Assembly (NCBI GenBank): GCA_009103225.1
Contig: RHPI01003642.1
Span: 1,045,099 to 1,109,098, forward strand
Reading direction: 5' to 3'
DNA from: Chlorokybus atmophyticus
Taxonomy: Eukaryota > Plantae > Mesostigma and Chlorokybus algae
Length of the DNA stretch: 64,000 bases
The notes below the pieces were generated by a model, which did no database searches, was not told the DNA's origin, and worked only from the letters and a program-made list of their open reading frames with translations. Made by a program: the position numbers and the translations under genes. Numbering within the stretch: position 1 is the stretch's first letter; every line of letters starts with the position of its first letter. Shown one piece after another: positions 28,027 to 40,085 of the stretch.

Positions 28027-30069
28027 CATGCATGCAGAACAGCAGCAGCCACGAGTCAATCAGACCTTCACCTGTGCACGACTGGGGCTTCCACTGCAAG
28101 CCAAGGTAAGCTTGTGATAAAGCTGCACCAAGTGTGTCACACAGCATGCATGCTTTCGCTTCAGTGGCAATGGTGCCGACATCAAGTCTCTTCTACTGTG
28201 CAGGTGGAGGACTTGTCTCTTGGCAACATCTAACATCACCTAGCAAAGGCATTGGCGGCAGTTCTCATTGCCTGCCTGCTTGGCCGAGCTGTGCAGCAGC
28301 AGCGTCACCAACATGTGTGCCTCCTCATGCGCTTCGCCTCACGCAATGCGGTGCAAGGAACTGTATTGCCTCGAAACTTCCTTGGCTTGCGCTAATAATG
28401 TACATGGTCATGCGGCATCACCTCGACTATGCTATGCTTGGTGAGTACTTTGAGAGTCGTGCGCACCTCGCGCTTGTTCATAACGAGATACGTAGGTTAT
28501 GATGACAATCTGTTGTCGCAAGCATCAAGTTTGGTGCGGTAAAGGTCACCATCTTTGCATAGGGTATAAATCGAAGGTCAACCAAGCAAACACAGGCTAT
28601 GCTCAAAGGCAAAGCATACACCGTAAGCAAGGCAAGGCAGGCAAAGCAAGCGAGAGACATATTTACAGTTACACTTGTGGCCACCACCGCACACTACACA
28701 AAGTGCTCTTATGTGCTGTGCAATGCAAGAATGGGTGAGGCAGATAGTAGCAGTCACCCATGCGACTGCATGGAGTTAATCAAGCCTTTACTTTTATGTC
28801 ATTACACAGCCATTGATCTATATTGTGACGTTGACCATGTGATACGTGACAAAATCAGTCATATGAACAAATGCCAGATTTTTCCGCATTGAGAAGTTGT
28901 GGATTGGTTGAAGCATGCATGCAAAGCATAAACATCACATTACATGGTACACGGCGTGCAAGTTTACACGCCACTAGTTCACATAATAGCAGCATGCGTG
29001 TCGTTCAAATTCCATTCGTAGTGCAAACTATAAAGCCTTTGTAATCTGCCATGCAATATATGTTGACAGAGTGTCAACTTGCGACATCTGAGGTTTGGTG
29101 TGTAGATATCAAGAACTTAACAAAACTGTAACACAATTACCATTTTGTAACATTGTATCATGAATTAAATAAATGAGTAGTAAGATTCAAGCTTACGGAT
29201 ACTTTCTTTCACACACCAGGAGTAGAATGCGTATAATTATACGCATATATATTTATAACAAGCATACTATAAGTTGCTGCAAAACCTTATATGTTGAATT
29301 CAATATAAAATTATACATTGGATTGTGTTTGCTCATGAACACAATCTATACAAACTACTCATATGCAAGCAACGTGCTGCTTGAGCAAAGATTTGCATGT
29401 TAACAATCGTTACATGACTATATCCGCGTCCCTGCAAGACGTCTTGCGATATTGCAACAATTAATTGATCGATGTATGGTGGTGGCCCCCTGCAGGAAGT
29501 CTCGCTTGCCCCAGCCCCTACTTGCATTGCACTTATAACGCATCTTCGTAATGTATTTGGGTTGTTGTTGCTTATGCCCCACCAAGTCTACATCTTGTTT
29601 TTACATTTCGCTTTGTTTCTTTACTAAAACCATGTGCATGTGTGGTTGCCTTCATTGTGCATGTCTGCTCTCATGCATGCATTAAAAAAAAACATTTACG
29701 TCCCAGATATGTGTATAAAAAAGACGGAGCGGTTGGGGTGCGACGTAGCGAGTTGTTGCATGTATAAAAGCAGCTGTGGACCACAAATTGAGCATACAAT
29801 GACAGACTATCAGTGCATATTATGCAATTCGGGTGCATGCAGTTCATGTTGCTTGCCCCCTCTGTGCTATTCTCGTGCATGCATAAAAGCAGCTATTGCT
29901 ATGGCCCATTGGGTCATGGAGCTGTATCACGACCATATTTGTGAGATCAATCCCCGTCTCGAAAACTAGGGGTGCGGCTGATTGGGCGCGAGGCGGGCGG
30001 CCGTCACCAGCGAGTCACCACACAAGAATTGTCAGTACAATCCATCAGTGCAGGCTGAGGCCTGCCATA

Positions 30070-30491
30070 CGCCATCTCACCGTCACACCAGGCATACAAG
30101 GAGCGACGGACGGGACGTAGTGCAACAATGCAGCACAGCATATGGCGTCACTTAATAGAATATTGCTTGGTGTGCTAGCATACCGGATTATATGGCGCGA
30201 TATGCTCAACAGCATATGGATGGATATTACACATATGATATCATGCATGCAATGTGACCTGAACTCTGTTAACTCAGCGACGTCAATGATCACACGCCAT
30301 CTCACCGCCACAACAGGCATACAAGAAGCGACGGACGGGACGTAGCGCGATACTGTAGCACAGCATATCGCGTCACTTGATGAAATATCGTTTGGTGTGC
30401 AAGCATACGAGATTATATGGCGCGATATGCTCAAAAGCATATGGATGGTACACATTGCACACATATGGTATCATGTGCAATGTGATCTGAA
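30070..30491. repeat. Tandem duplication, ~225-bp unit, 2 copies
   Basis: cgccatctcaccg..caggcatacaag.agcgacggacgggacgtag...attatatggcgcgatatgctcaa...gcaatgtga.ctgaa starts at 30070 and at 30295. Confidence 0.92.
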
Positions 30492-30933
30492 GTAAAAAAA
30501 AAATGATTTCCAATTCCGTTATATTAGCTGCGTTTATGTCACATTATGACTTTACTCATTCAACCAAGATCTCACGACAATTATGCAACATTGCACTATA
30601 CCAAGCCATATCACACCATATGGTATCACGGAGATCGATATGCGGCATATGATGTCATATGGCGTGTTATGGCAGAATGTCGCGCGACGTCGCTGGACAT
30701 CGCAAGTTCCCTGTGCGTCATTAAAACGGAGTTCAAGTCACATTATGGGTCTGTGCGTAATGTGTCCTGCGTATGATGGGATATCATACGCGCCCGCGCG
30801 ATATGGTTGACGACTACCACAGCCCGGAAACCAAGTCGCATGCAAGCTCCTCGACGGCAGTGACGCCAAGATTGTCGGGCGTAGCCGCTGCGTTGTTCCG
30901 TTGGTGCATTGCGTCGCTTAGTTACTCACGTCC

Positions 30934-33107
30934 ATGGCGGGTTCTCGATGTTTTGCCACCTTCGAAAATCACTTCGTCCGCTGCATCTACGGCTGCAACC
31001 TCACAGGCATATACAAAGGCTGGATCGCCAGAGAGGGAGTGCAAAACTTCAGGTCTCACCTTACTAGCGGTATCCACAAGGACGCCTTCAATGCATTAAC
31101 ACGCCAACAGCAAGACAACTTGCTGAAGTACTTGTTGGATCTGGTGAGTCCTGCATGCATGGCATGTATTGTTGTGCACGGGTCAAATGTCAAACTGCTC
31201 CACAGCCTGGGAGCCTAACAATGTGCAATGTTACTGGCAACTTACTTAAAGTGCATGTTGATGTCTGCACGATCGCACAGACGGAATTATGCGGAATCCA
31301 ATTGCAATTTTGTTTATGTACTTGTTGCCACTTAGGGTCGGGCTGCAGTGGCACAACACAACTTCAATCCTACTATCGGTGCCTTTATGTCAGTTGCTGG
31401 AACGTGGCCTTTGCAGCAAACAACCCCCCTGCCACCGTTGCTGCATGATGTTTTGCACCCTGTTGAAATTTTATACGATCCTTACCTCATCGAAGACACG
31501 AACGCCAGTGCCTTGATTGGTGCCAACAGATGTACGTGACTGCTTCGTGGTAACATCAGTTTCCATGCAGTGCATATATCCAAACAGGTTCTCGTGTGAC
31601 TCCGTCCAAGCGCCGTAAGAACTTGTCTATGGTGCCTGATACTCCCACCACGTCTCATGTCATTGACGCTGAAACAGGTGATCAATGTCATCGTTGCAGA
31701 GGTTCCAACCTGATCATGTCAGCTATATAAACGCAGGGGAAGCAATGCCGCGTTTGTCAACTCACCAATTTACACCTGAGCTTATGTGTGCTGCTATCGA
31801 CACTTTCATTGCCAACCTGCTTCGTGAAGTACAAAACAACACGTCGTCGTCTACAAAACGAAAGTACCAGTATTTAGTACCATTATTTAACACACACCAC
31901 TGATGGCATTGTTTGCAGATTTTAAACTGGTTGACGAGAACATAGCCCTTCGCGAGCGCAGCCTAAAGCAAGCAGAGCAGCTACGCCAAAGCCAGACACA
32001 GCCGGATCCCCAGATCGCTACAAAGTTGTCGAAAATAATCAGTGAAATTAATGGTCTGCGTGTAGGCCATGCTGCTGCAGAATAACGTTTTGCTGACATG
32101 GAGCGTGCATTACACAAAGAGCGTGCTGAGCACGCAAAAATGACAGAAAGCGTTAAAAACGCAGACGCAGCAATCATTGTGGGTTTACGCAAGCAGCTTA
32201 CAGAAGCTCAGCGCAGGGCCACACAGTTGCAGCAACACAATGAGCGTAACAATGCAAAATTGGCATGTTGGCAATGCCAGATTGGAGAAGCCAACCAGAC
32301 GATTGCTGCACACAAAAACAAAAGGGGTGTGTTCCTGCATTGTTAGATATTCCAACTGACTTGCTGTTGTAGATCTCAGAGTTGACAAGCGTCCTGCGTC
32401 TTTAAACGGCAAACTGGCGATTTTGTGAGCGCGTTGAACCCAGTGGCGTGCAGCTCAAGAGCTTCTAGTTGGAACCGGAAGTCAATAGCAAGGAGTTGTA
32501 CAGCTTAGCAAAGTACATGTTGAAAGAGATCGACCTTGACAAACAGGTACTGAACAATCACAGTTATTACATGTATAAACAAATGCAACACTTTAGTGTC
32601 CACTGGTTGGCGTACCAAGTATCGCTCCTCGATCGCAGAGATGTTAACAGGGAGCAGCAACTGCAACTTCACCAAACACTCTGGGAGAAGCTTTGTACCT
32701 ACCTCTGCACATTTGCCCCATTGCTGCGTGAAGCAGCAACAACTGAAGAAATGCAGCAACATGTGCGCCAGGACTACAAGGGCAAGCGCGTGGTAGACAG
32801 TGAAGACAACACATGCGGGATCTGCTGCGAGCAGAAGCTAGTGGAAGCGTCGCTACCAATGCCATGTTGCGGAGCTACGCTGTGTCGTCAGTGCTTGAAG
32901 AAGCTGCGCACAGGATCTCACTCTTAAGTTGAGTGTCCTTTTTGCCACTGCTTTTATATTATTTTTATGGATCGCCCACAACGTGGTGCAGCGTCCCCCG
33001 ATTTCCCTGTATATGAACTGAGCAGCAGTGACGATGATGAGGATGTTGATATACACAATACCGGTGCTGCTGGTGCTGGGCCTTCGCAGCCACCCCCCCC
33101 TGAGTAG
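30934..33107 (+). pseudogene. Spliced gene relic: N-terminal C2H2/BED-like Zn finger, coiled coil, C-terminal RING, acidic tail
   Basis: VRCIYGC...QNFRSHLTSGIH; coiled-coil ORFs 31903-32346 joined across TAA 32083; CGICCEQ...MPCCGATLCRQCLKKL...S*VECPFC (TAA 32925 inside the RING); the frame continues to TAG 33105. Confidence 0.75.
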
Positions 33108-33873
33108 ACCTGTATCATGGAACCCGTTTTGCCCTTGTGTTAACATGACAAGCCNGTGCTCTGTTGATACCTGTATGGTTATGTTGTTATGGAACATGCT
33201 TGTACAACATCCACATGGCCGCACACATTGTGTTGTCACTGTGTGATATTTGCGATAGGCAGCATACGGATATTTCTTAATCTTCTGTGCATTTAACTAG
33301 GCTGGCAAGCAAAGTGGACATTGCTATCAATGCACACTGCATGTGCTACAACCATTTGTACATTTTTCTATTGCAGCGTCTGTTGTTAATGTGTATTAAG
33401 TATGAGTCATTGCCACAGTACAGTAACCAAGCTGTTGCACAGATTTGCAGCACCCAGAAGTTGAGTCGAGTGTCTCGCATTGCCATGCGTGTCAGCGACC
33501 CATAACATAGTGTACAGCACATAAAGGTTAAACACAGCGGGATAGTCGTTGCCAAGATCAAAGCTGCAAGGCGATCAGTGTATACACACATGCTAAAGCA
33601 CTGCAATTGTCTCCATCCACCTGTGTGGAAGGTGACGAATATGGAATCTCTCACACATACACTCCACTGCATACACTTACACCAAACACCACAGCATTCG
33701 TACATTTTATGAAGTTACACCAACACAGTTACACCTCTAATATGCACCCACCTGTATTATATCGATACCAAAGCATGGTGTCGCACAAACTGTCAAACAC
33801 ACATGGTGAACCCCACACAAACAATAGTTAGTTTCACGCCATTTTCTTGTTTTTACTGCCAAAACCGCTACCA

Positions 33874-34191
33874 CTACGTCGGCGCCCAAAATGCTTTGAA
33901 CCTTGGGTTGCCTTCATTCATATTGTAACCTTTGCACCCACGAGAATTGTATTGGGCGATATACCTAGTTTCTAACCAATCTATTCGCGCCTTGTAAGGT
34001 TCTTCATCTAAAACTTTCAACCGCACTTGCTCTTCAAAAGGTTTACTGCTATGTAAGTCATGCAACATTTTCTTAGGCGGGTGTCTACGATGTTCCCCAT
34101 AACGTCGACATGGGTGGCTACTTTGACCGATATATACTTTCTGAGTTGCCACATGCGTAAACTTGTAGATGAACTTCGCACCTGTGTTCAT
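33874..34191 (-). CDS. GIY-YIG endonuclease domain ORF (105 aa)
   Basis: FIYKFTH...KVYIGQS, RRYGEH, WLETRYIAQYNS, GYN: the YIG motif and the conserved Arg, Glu and Asn are present, with no internal stop. Confidence 0.88.
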   Translation of the reverse strand: MNTGAKFIYKFTHVATQKVYIGQSSHPCRRYGEHRRHPPKKMLHDLHSSKPFEEQVRLKVLDEEPYKARIDWLETRYIAQYNSRGCKGYNMNEGNPRFKAFWAPT

Positions 34192-35345
34192 GGGTTGCGC
34201 ACGTTTTGAGGTACGTGCAGAGGCCCTGATGTTGGTGTTGGCTTAATTGATGCTGTTTCTTGCTGCTGAGGATCGCTGGATCTTGTGAAACTCGTCTTAT
34301 ACCTGCAAAGAACAATGTTATGAATGCCGCAGTACACATCCGAGATTGATGTTGAACAATATTGACATACATGCGTAGCAGACGTAGAAGCAAGGAAACA
34401 GACAACGGGCAAAGGATAAGAAGCAAGGGAGACAATGAAAAAATAGAAGTGTAACAAAAGATGGAGTGATTGCATGGGTTCTGGCTTGATGTGTCCATTG
34501 TTGTTGGAACACTGCTCCGCCACCATAGCTCTCATGTCATCGCGTCATCTTGGCAAGCACAGTAATCCCATCATCAACTTGGATAACAACACACCTCATT
34601 GGCAGCAACATTTGCTACTGGAGCTTCCCTTGGGTCAACTTTGTAAATTTGCTTAATGATTGTTTCTGCCTTTCCTTGCGATATGAAACGCGCTGTCTCC
34701 CGTTGCAAACTTTGCGAACGTGCACCAGCTCGAGCACATGTCAAACATCTATTAACTATAGGTGCTTTGGCCAATGATCCAGTGTCACATTAATATATAC
34801 CTGATTAGCGTAAATTGGCTTTGCATTATCAGGAAGATCTGGGTTGTCATTGCGCATCAGAGTGTCCCACAGCTTGTAGGTTACTTGGCGCTTCAGGTCA
34901 TCACAAATGTCGATGCCGAGCTTTCTGAGGTAGTAGATGCATGTTCCTGCACATACATGTATCAGTTAACACATGCACCACAGTGTGTAAGTGTACTTTA
35001 ACCGCCTCTCACCAGTTGCAATGGAGTCCCCGTGGTTAATGCGAAACTCTTGAGCTCTCGCTTTGGCAGGGCGAATTAACTTATTGGCCTCAAGCTTAGT
35101 GCACAGTCCCTCTAGCTTGTCGGGAGTGATACTTGCTGAGTCACATGCTACCTGTTGCTTTGCTGTCAGCGGACGACCAGGCGCATCACCTGCAGAGCTA
35201 CTGGTACGTGAACGCTTAGAGCCAGGTTTGTCATTGATAATTTGAGCGTGGAGCCTCTCGAACAATTCTTTCCCGTCAAAGTCCATGCTGTCAACCAGAT
35301 GCATTGTCAATGTAACGCTAGCCAACATGTTGACTCACAAAGTTC
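34188..35345 (-). CDS. Unknown intron-containing ORF between the helicase and GIY-YIG (may be a relic)
   Basis: Exon-like segments with canonical splice signals: ~35330-35000 (DFDGKELFERLHAQIIND...), 34947-34800 (CAG|G TCIYYLRKLGIDICDDLKRQVTYKLWDTLM...NQ|GT), ~34750-34600 and 34302-34188. No family recognised. Confidence 0.45.
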
Positions 35346-35913
35346 GAAACTAAACAGAGGCAAACTGAGCCACGTGTTACCTGTGTCTGGCTAAGATGAC
35401 AGTCTTCGACGATGGGCAGGTGATGCGACGGGCATGTATGCACAGTGCCCTGCAACTTGACATCTTATCTGGTATGTACATTTGTAGCAACGTTAAATAT
35501 ACTGCCAATGTATATCTGCGTGGCAAGGAAAAGGTCTGCATCGGCAGAGCACCACGTGCTAAGCCATGCGGCGATGCGATTGGTGAGAAGAGATGATGGG
35601 ATGGAGGAGATGATTGCATAGAAAGCATGGTTGGATGACGGGCGATACGGCAATCAACTGAATGTGCCATGTCATCAAATGTACAATGTGTACAGCGTGG
35701 TCATGAGATGCAATTCATGTTACGCGACATGGTTTAATATCGTCCAACAAGGAACCATATAATGCAATGTTGTGCAACATTGTTCATACATGCTCAAACA
35801 TCATGCGATATGCGTTGATATCAAACAACGTTGCGCAACATCGTACCATATCGCCAAAATGATGCACGACATATGTCACACTACTGCGCAACACTGACTG
35901 AACTTCCCTAATA

Positions 35914-38900
35914 TCAACGTGAATCTCCAGGAACGGGCGTCATCTCTTCAGGGCACGGCAAACGAGTTAACCATAAATAGGCCCCGTTTCTCACATGTGA
36001 CAACGCCACATACCACAGTCCAAGAGCAAAAGCTTCCTGCATGTGGACAACAGTAGATGATTGTAGCGTTGCACCTTGACACTTGCACACTGTCATTGCA
36101 TACGCTAGCTGCAAAGGAAATACAGCTTTGTAGTATATTTTGCCTTGAAACGTTGTTGTTTGCTATATTGTTCGGCGCATCCACATGGATTCTGCCAAGT
36201 AATCAAATGTAACTTGTATACTGCTCACATTACCTTTATAGTATCTAAACTGCGTCACTGTTCTCAAAGACCCATTGGCTATACCATCTTGCAGTGAAAC
36301 GTTTTCAAAAACCAACACCTTTGCTCCCTTGGCAACTAAAGGTAAAAAGTTGAACTTGGGCTTGTGGATCAAGTCGTACAATTCGGGCACGTTCACTGCA
36401 TTAGAATTAATTTGTATTAGCATAATGGCATCGGCTGCAAAACGTTGTCTCACAATGATGCTGTTGAAAGCTAGTGTGTCTACATGTGAACACAATGATG
36501 CTGTTGAAAGCTAGTGTGTCTACATGTGAACACGATATGGTTGCATCAGTTGGTAATTGCTGTAAGTACTCCGAAGTGACCAGACAGCAACTTAGCGCAT
36601 CTGCGATCTCTGTTGAACTGGGTATGCCAGAACGAATTTGAATCAAGAATTGAGCAAACAGAGGGTCTAAAGCATGACGCACTGAAACAGAAAGAACATG
36701 TTGCCTACGTAATGGCCACCTCTGTGCTGCAGAAATATGGCATTTGTGGCAAACCTGCGATGTTTCTTGGACTTTGTGTCCACAAACTGCTGGCAGTTGC
36801 TTGTGGTCACCAACCAATATATCGCCAATTGTTTGTAGAAATTCTGGTCCATGAGTTTTATGTAAGCGCAGCATCACCAAGTCAAACAACTGCGATGTCA
36901 TCATGGAAAACCCGTCTATAATAAACACTCGACAATTTTGTAACAGTTTGTAAACATCATTCATAGCAGTTACAAACCGAAGTTGCTGACCGTTGACAGG
37001 TATTGCGAAGTTGCAATGTACAATTGAGGCAGATGAGCTCAGCCGCAGAGCCGCAGCGCCAGTTGTAGCACTGAGTGAAACAGGTATCGTAGCAACGCGC
37101 AACTGGTGAGTGATGGATTTGGTCAAAATTGTTTTGCCTGCTCCTGGACAGCCAAATATTACTGTAAACCAACTGGTGCTACAATGATACTACTTGCGGT
37201 GCGTTCTTGCTGGCTGGTTAAAGACAAATTGTTCGCAAACGCAAACTCCTTAACATTCACCGTACCTTGAAACATAGGAGGCAATACATCTGAGTCCGTT
37301 GTCACAGTTGAAGCTGGAGATGCAGGATTAGATGATGGTGCTGTTGGATACTGCGTGGTAGGTTCTGGTGCAGTGTGGCTGTTTGTCGGACCAGCTGCAG
37401 CCATAGAGAAGGCATCAATAGCATTATAAGTGGTCTACATCATAGCGTTCATCATATGGTGAATCTTAACATCATTGTATGGATGACGTTCGGCATAGCG
37501 CGTGACATGTGTCAACACACTGCGGTTTGTGTTGTTCATAAAACCCCGCAACAAACATTCTTCATAGTTTGTGCGTGATTGGTTGTTCAAAGAAATCAAA
37601 ACAACAGAACAAAAAGTAACCCGCTGAAGAAGTAAATTGAAACAAGACCCCTGAATGCTGTGTACAGGATGGTAATCTGTGAATCTGATGATGCGTGGGA
37701 CAGCTAACTCACAAACGAATGCATTCATTCTGTTTCTTAAAGTATGCACAGTGTTATGTGGAATAGTGTCTCCAGCTCGATGCATGTACTGTCGAAAATA
37801 GTTGTACATTATTACTCTTTCCACCTCGTCAAGCCTGACACAATAACGATGAATGAGATGCACAATTAGTGTCTATGCACGACTGTTCACCATGCGAGAA
37901 CAATTGTTAGGCAAACGCGTGTCAACATATGTTACATTGGACGACATTTGCATGATGGGAATATCCAAACATATCAAAGCAGCTTTAGCTGGAGCAATGG
38001 GTTTGGACAAGTACATTGTGTCAATATGCGCAATTCATGAACAGTCAATCCTTGCAAACCAAGTGCACTGGTGTCTAATGTATAATCAACAGTGCCACAA
38101 GGTTCCATTTTGGTTGTGTATTTCACTAAATACTTGCTCCAATGACTGTGACTAACTTGCAACACATTACAATGAGCACCCCACAACAATAAAATCACTG
38201 GATGTGTGGGAACAACATTGCGGTCACAAGTGCGTGGTCTATAATCGTCGTACGTGCGCGTTTCTGTGTTTAACTGAGGTCGACGATCTGGTTGTACGGG
38301 ATATGAAAAGCCCATGTCGCACTTGTTGTTAAATGCTCTGCAGCCACTGCCCACATCAGAACACTTGTGCATCTGCTTGCGTACAACATATTCATAAAGG
38401 ACTTGCAGTATGGAATCAATTGGTACAATCATTTGCTAATTTGCATGGTTAAAATCTTCGGGGATAAACGCAGTGATTTCATTACAAACTCGTTCAACAT
38501 CATCGGGGTGTAACCACAACATAACATGTGCATGCAAAGATCAACGGTGTTGTGTTTCATACCGGATAACAGAATGCATCACATGTGCAAGAATATCCTC
38601 TTGCATGATATATTCTTCAAAGAAGGTGCTGAATCGATGATGAAACAAACGTGCGCACTCCACAGGGGCATCGCGCCAGCTGAGTTACGCGGAGACGTTG
38701 TGGAGAACACTCTGCAAATCAATGATCCAAGGAAATTTGGTAATGGACATTTTATCTGCAGTCATGGTGATAAAGAGATGAGGCATACCCCCATGCTCAA
38801 CCAAACACAGCAGCTCACTCAACTTTTGTCGATGCCAGCGAAGATCCAATGCTGTCACCAGGGACACGAAATTTTATAGCGTTTTTGATGGCATCGTTGA

Positions 38901-40085
38901 TTGTGGCAGGGGGTCGTTGTTTAAGGAACTTTTCAATATCAGCGTCCACAAAACTTCGCGGCACTATCTGACTGTGAGAAGTGATTGACGAATTTGGTAC
39001 ATCAACAGCAAATAAGGCTTGTTCAATGTGAAAACTGAGAACGATTGTGTGAGACAGAACTAGACATAATCTTACAATCTGCTGTACACATTAACATCAA
39101 AGCAACGATTGTGCGGAAACAACATGGGAAACAGAGCAGACTCAACAGTTAAACCAGGAATGTTGTACGCACCACTTGTATCCATGTGTATTAAAAGAGG
39201 AACACAAGGCTCACGCAGCGACATATGTCCAACGCGCAACATGGTGTTCACTGTGACTTCAACTAAGCTGAGCGAAGGAAATGGCAACAAAGTGTTTAAA
39301 ACGTATGTGTATGCTGATTCACCAGCAATATTTAAAGTATTACGATTATGTGCACGAGACACAATGCTACGAATAGTAGATGAACCAACAATGGGAATGC
39401 CGTCAAAACAAGTGCTTGTTCTGCCAAAGTTTGATATTTTTGAGCGAGAGTATTGGACGATAATAGCTCGCTCAACAACTCCAGCAACATGGTGTTATGT
39501 TGGCACTGCTGTGTGAAATTATCCAAAGTGAGAAACGGACAGGTTGTTATATTCAACTGCTGAACTTGGCCTAAAGTGAAACTGTATGAGTTATATAACT
39601 GACTTGAAGTCGCAAAGCACCATGGACGTGTTGACAGAGGACAACATCTGCACTACCATGGGATGTGCCTCTAACAACTTGCGAATGTACACTGCGCTGT
39701 GTAACACAATATAACTGGAACGCTCCGACCCGTGACTACATCGATGGCATTGGTAGTAATTACTATCACACTTGGTACAATGGGACATAAAGACATTAAC
39801 CAAATCATATGGTGCAACAGTGGGTATTGATTGTTGATACATTGGACGATAAGTAGCAGCAGGAGAGTAAAACTGTACATGCCCGCACAAAGAACAACAT
39901 TGCATTTGCGTGACAAACTTACGTTGTGCATCTTGCCAACAGGAAAACATATCATCGCAGTCGTCCCACAATTCGCAATACTGAGACAAATCGCAGTGTT
40001 GCTCGTGAGTCACAGCGGATGACGAAACAATACCAATTGGAACATATCAACCGCCCTGACATTCGTCGCCATCCAATGAGCCATC
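35914..40085 (-). pseudogene. Helitron RepHel (HUH Rep plus PIF1-like SF1B helicase), frameshifted and with stops
   Basis: ESALFPMLFPH; GGMPHLFITMT (motif I); RYETQHR*SLHAHVMLWL (HUH at 38526-38534); HKC..C..C..GFSY; YLVKYTTK (motif III); GCPGAGKT (~37130-37150); SATTGAAA; FIIDGFSM; VGDHKQLP; R...D..F...L..IRSG; LAYAMTVCKCQGATL; YVALSHV. Confidence 0.93.
36451..36530. repeat. Perfect 40-bp tandem duplication inside the helicase
   Basis: cacaatgatgctgttgaaagctagtgtgtctacatgtgaa at 36451-36490 and 36491-36530; shifts the frame. Confidence 0.97.

Larger units (their letters stand above)
29966..40085 (-). mobile_element. Decayed Helitron-type rolling-circle element with accessory genes
   Basis: RepHel 40085-35914, spliced ORF2, GIY-YIG ORF and a convergent RING gene relic. 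Candidate 3' end ...CCGCACCCCTAG followed by TTTT on the minus strand at 29966. The boundaries are inferred. Confidence 0.55.
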
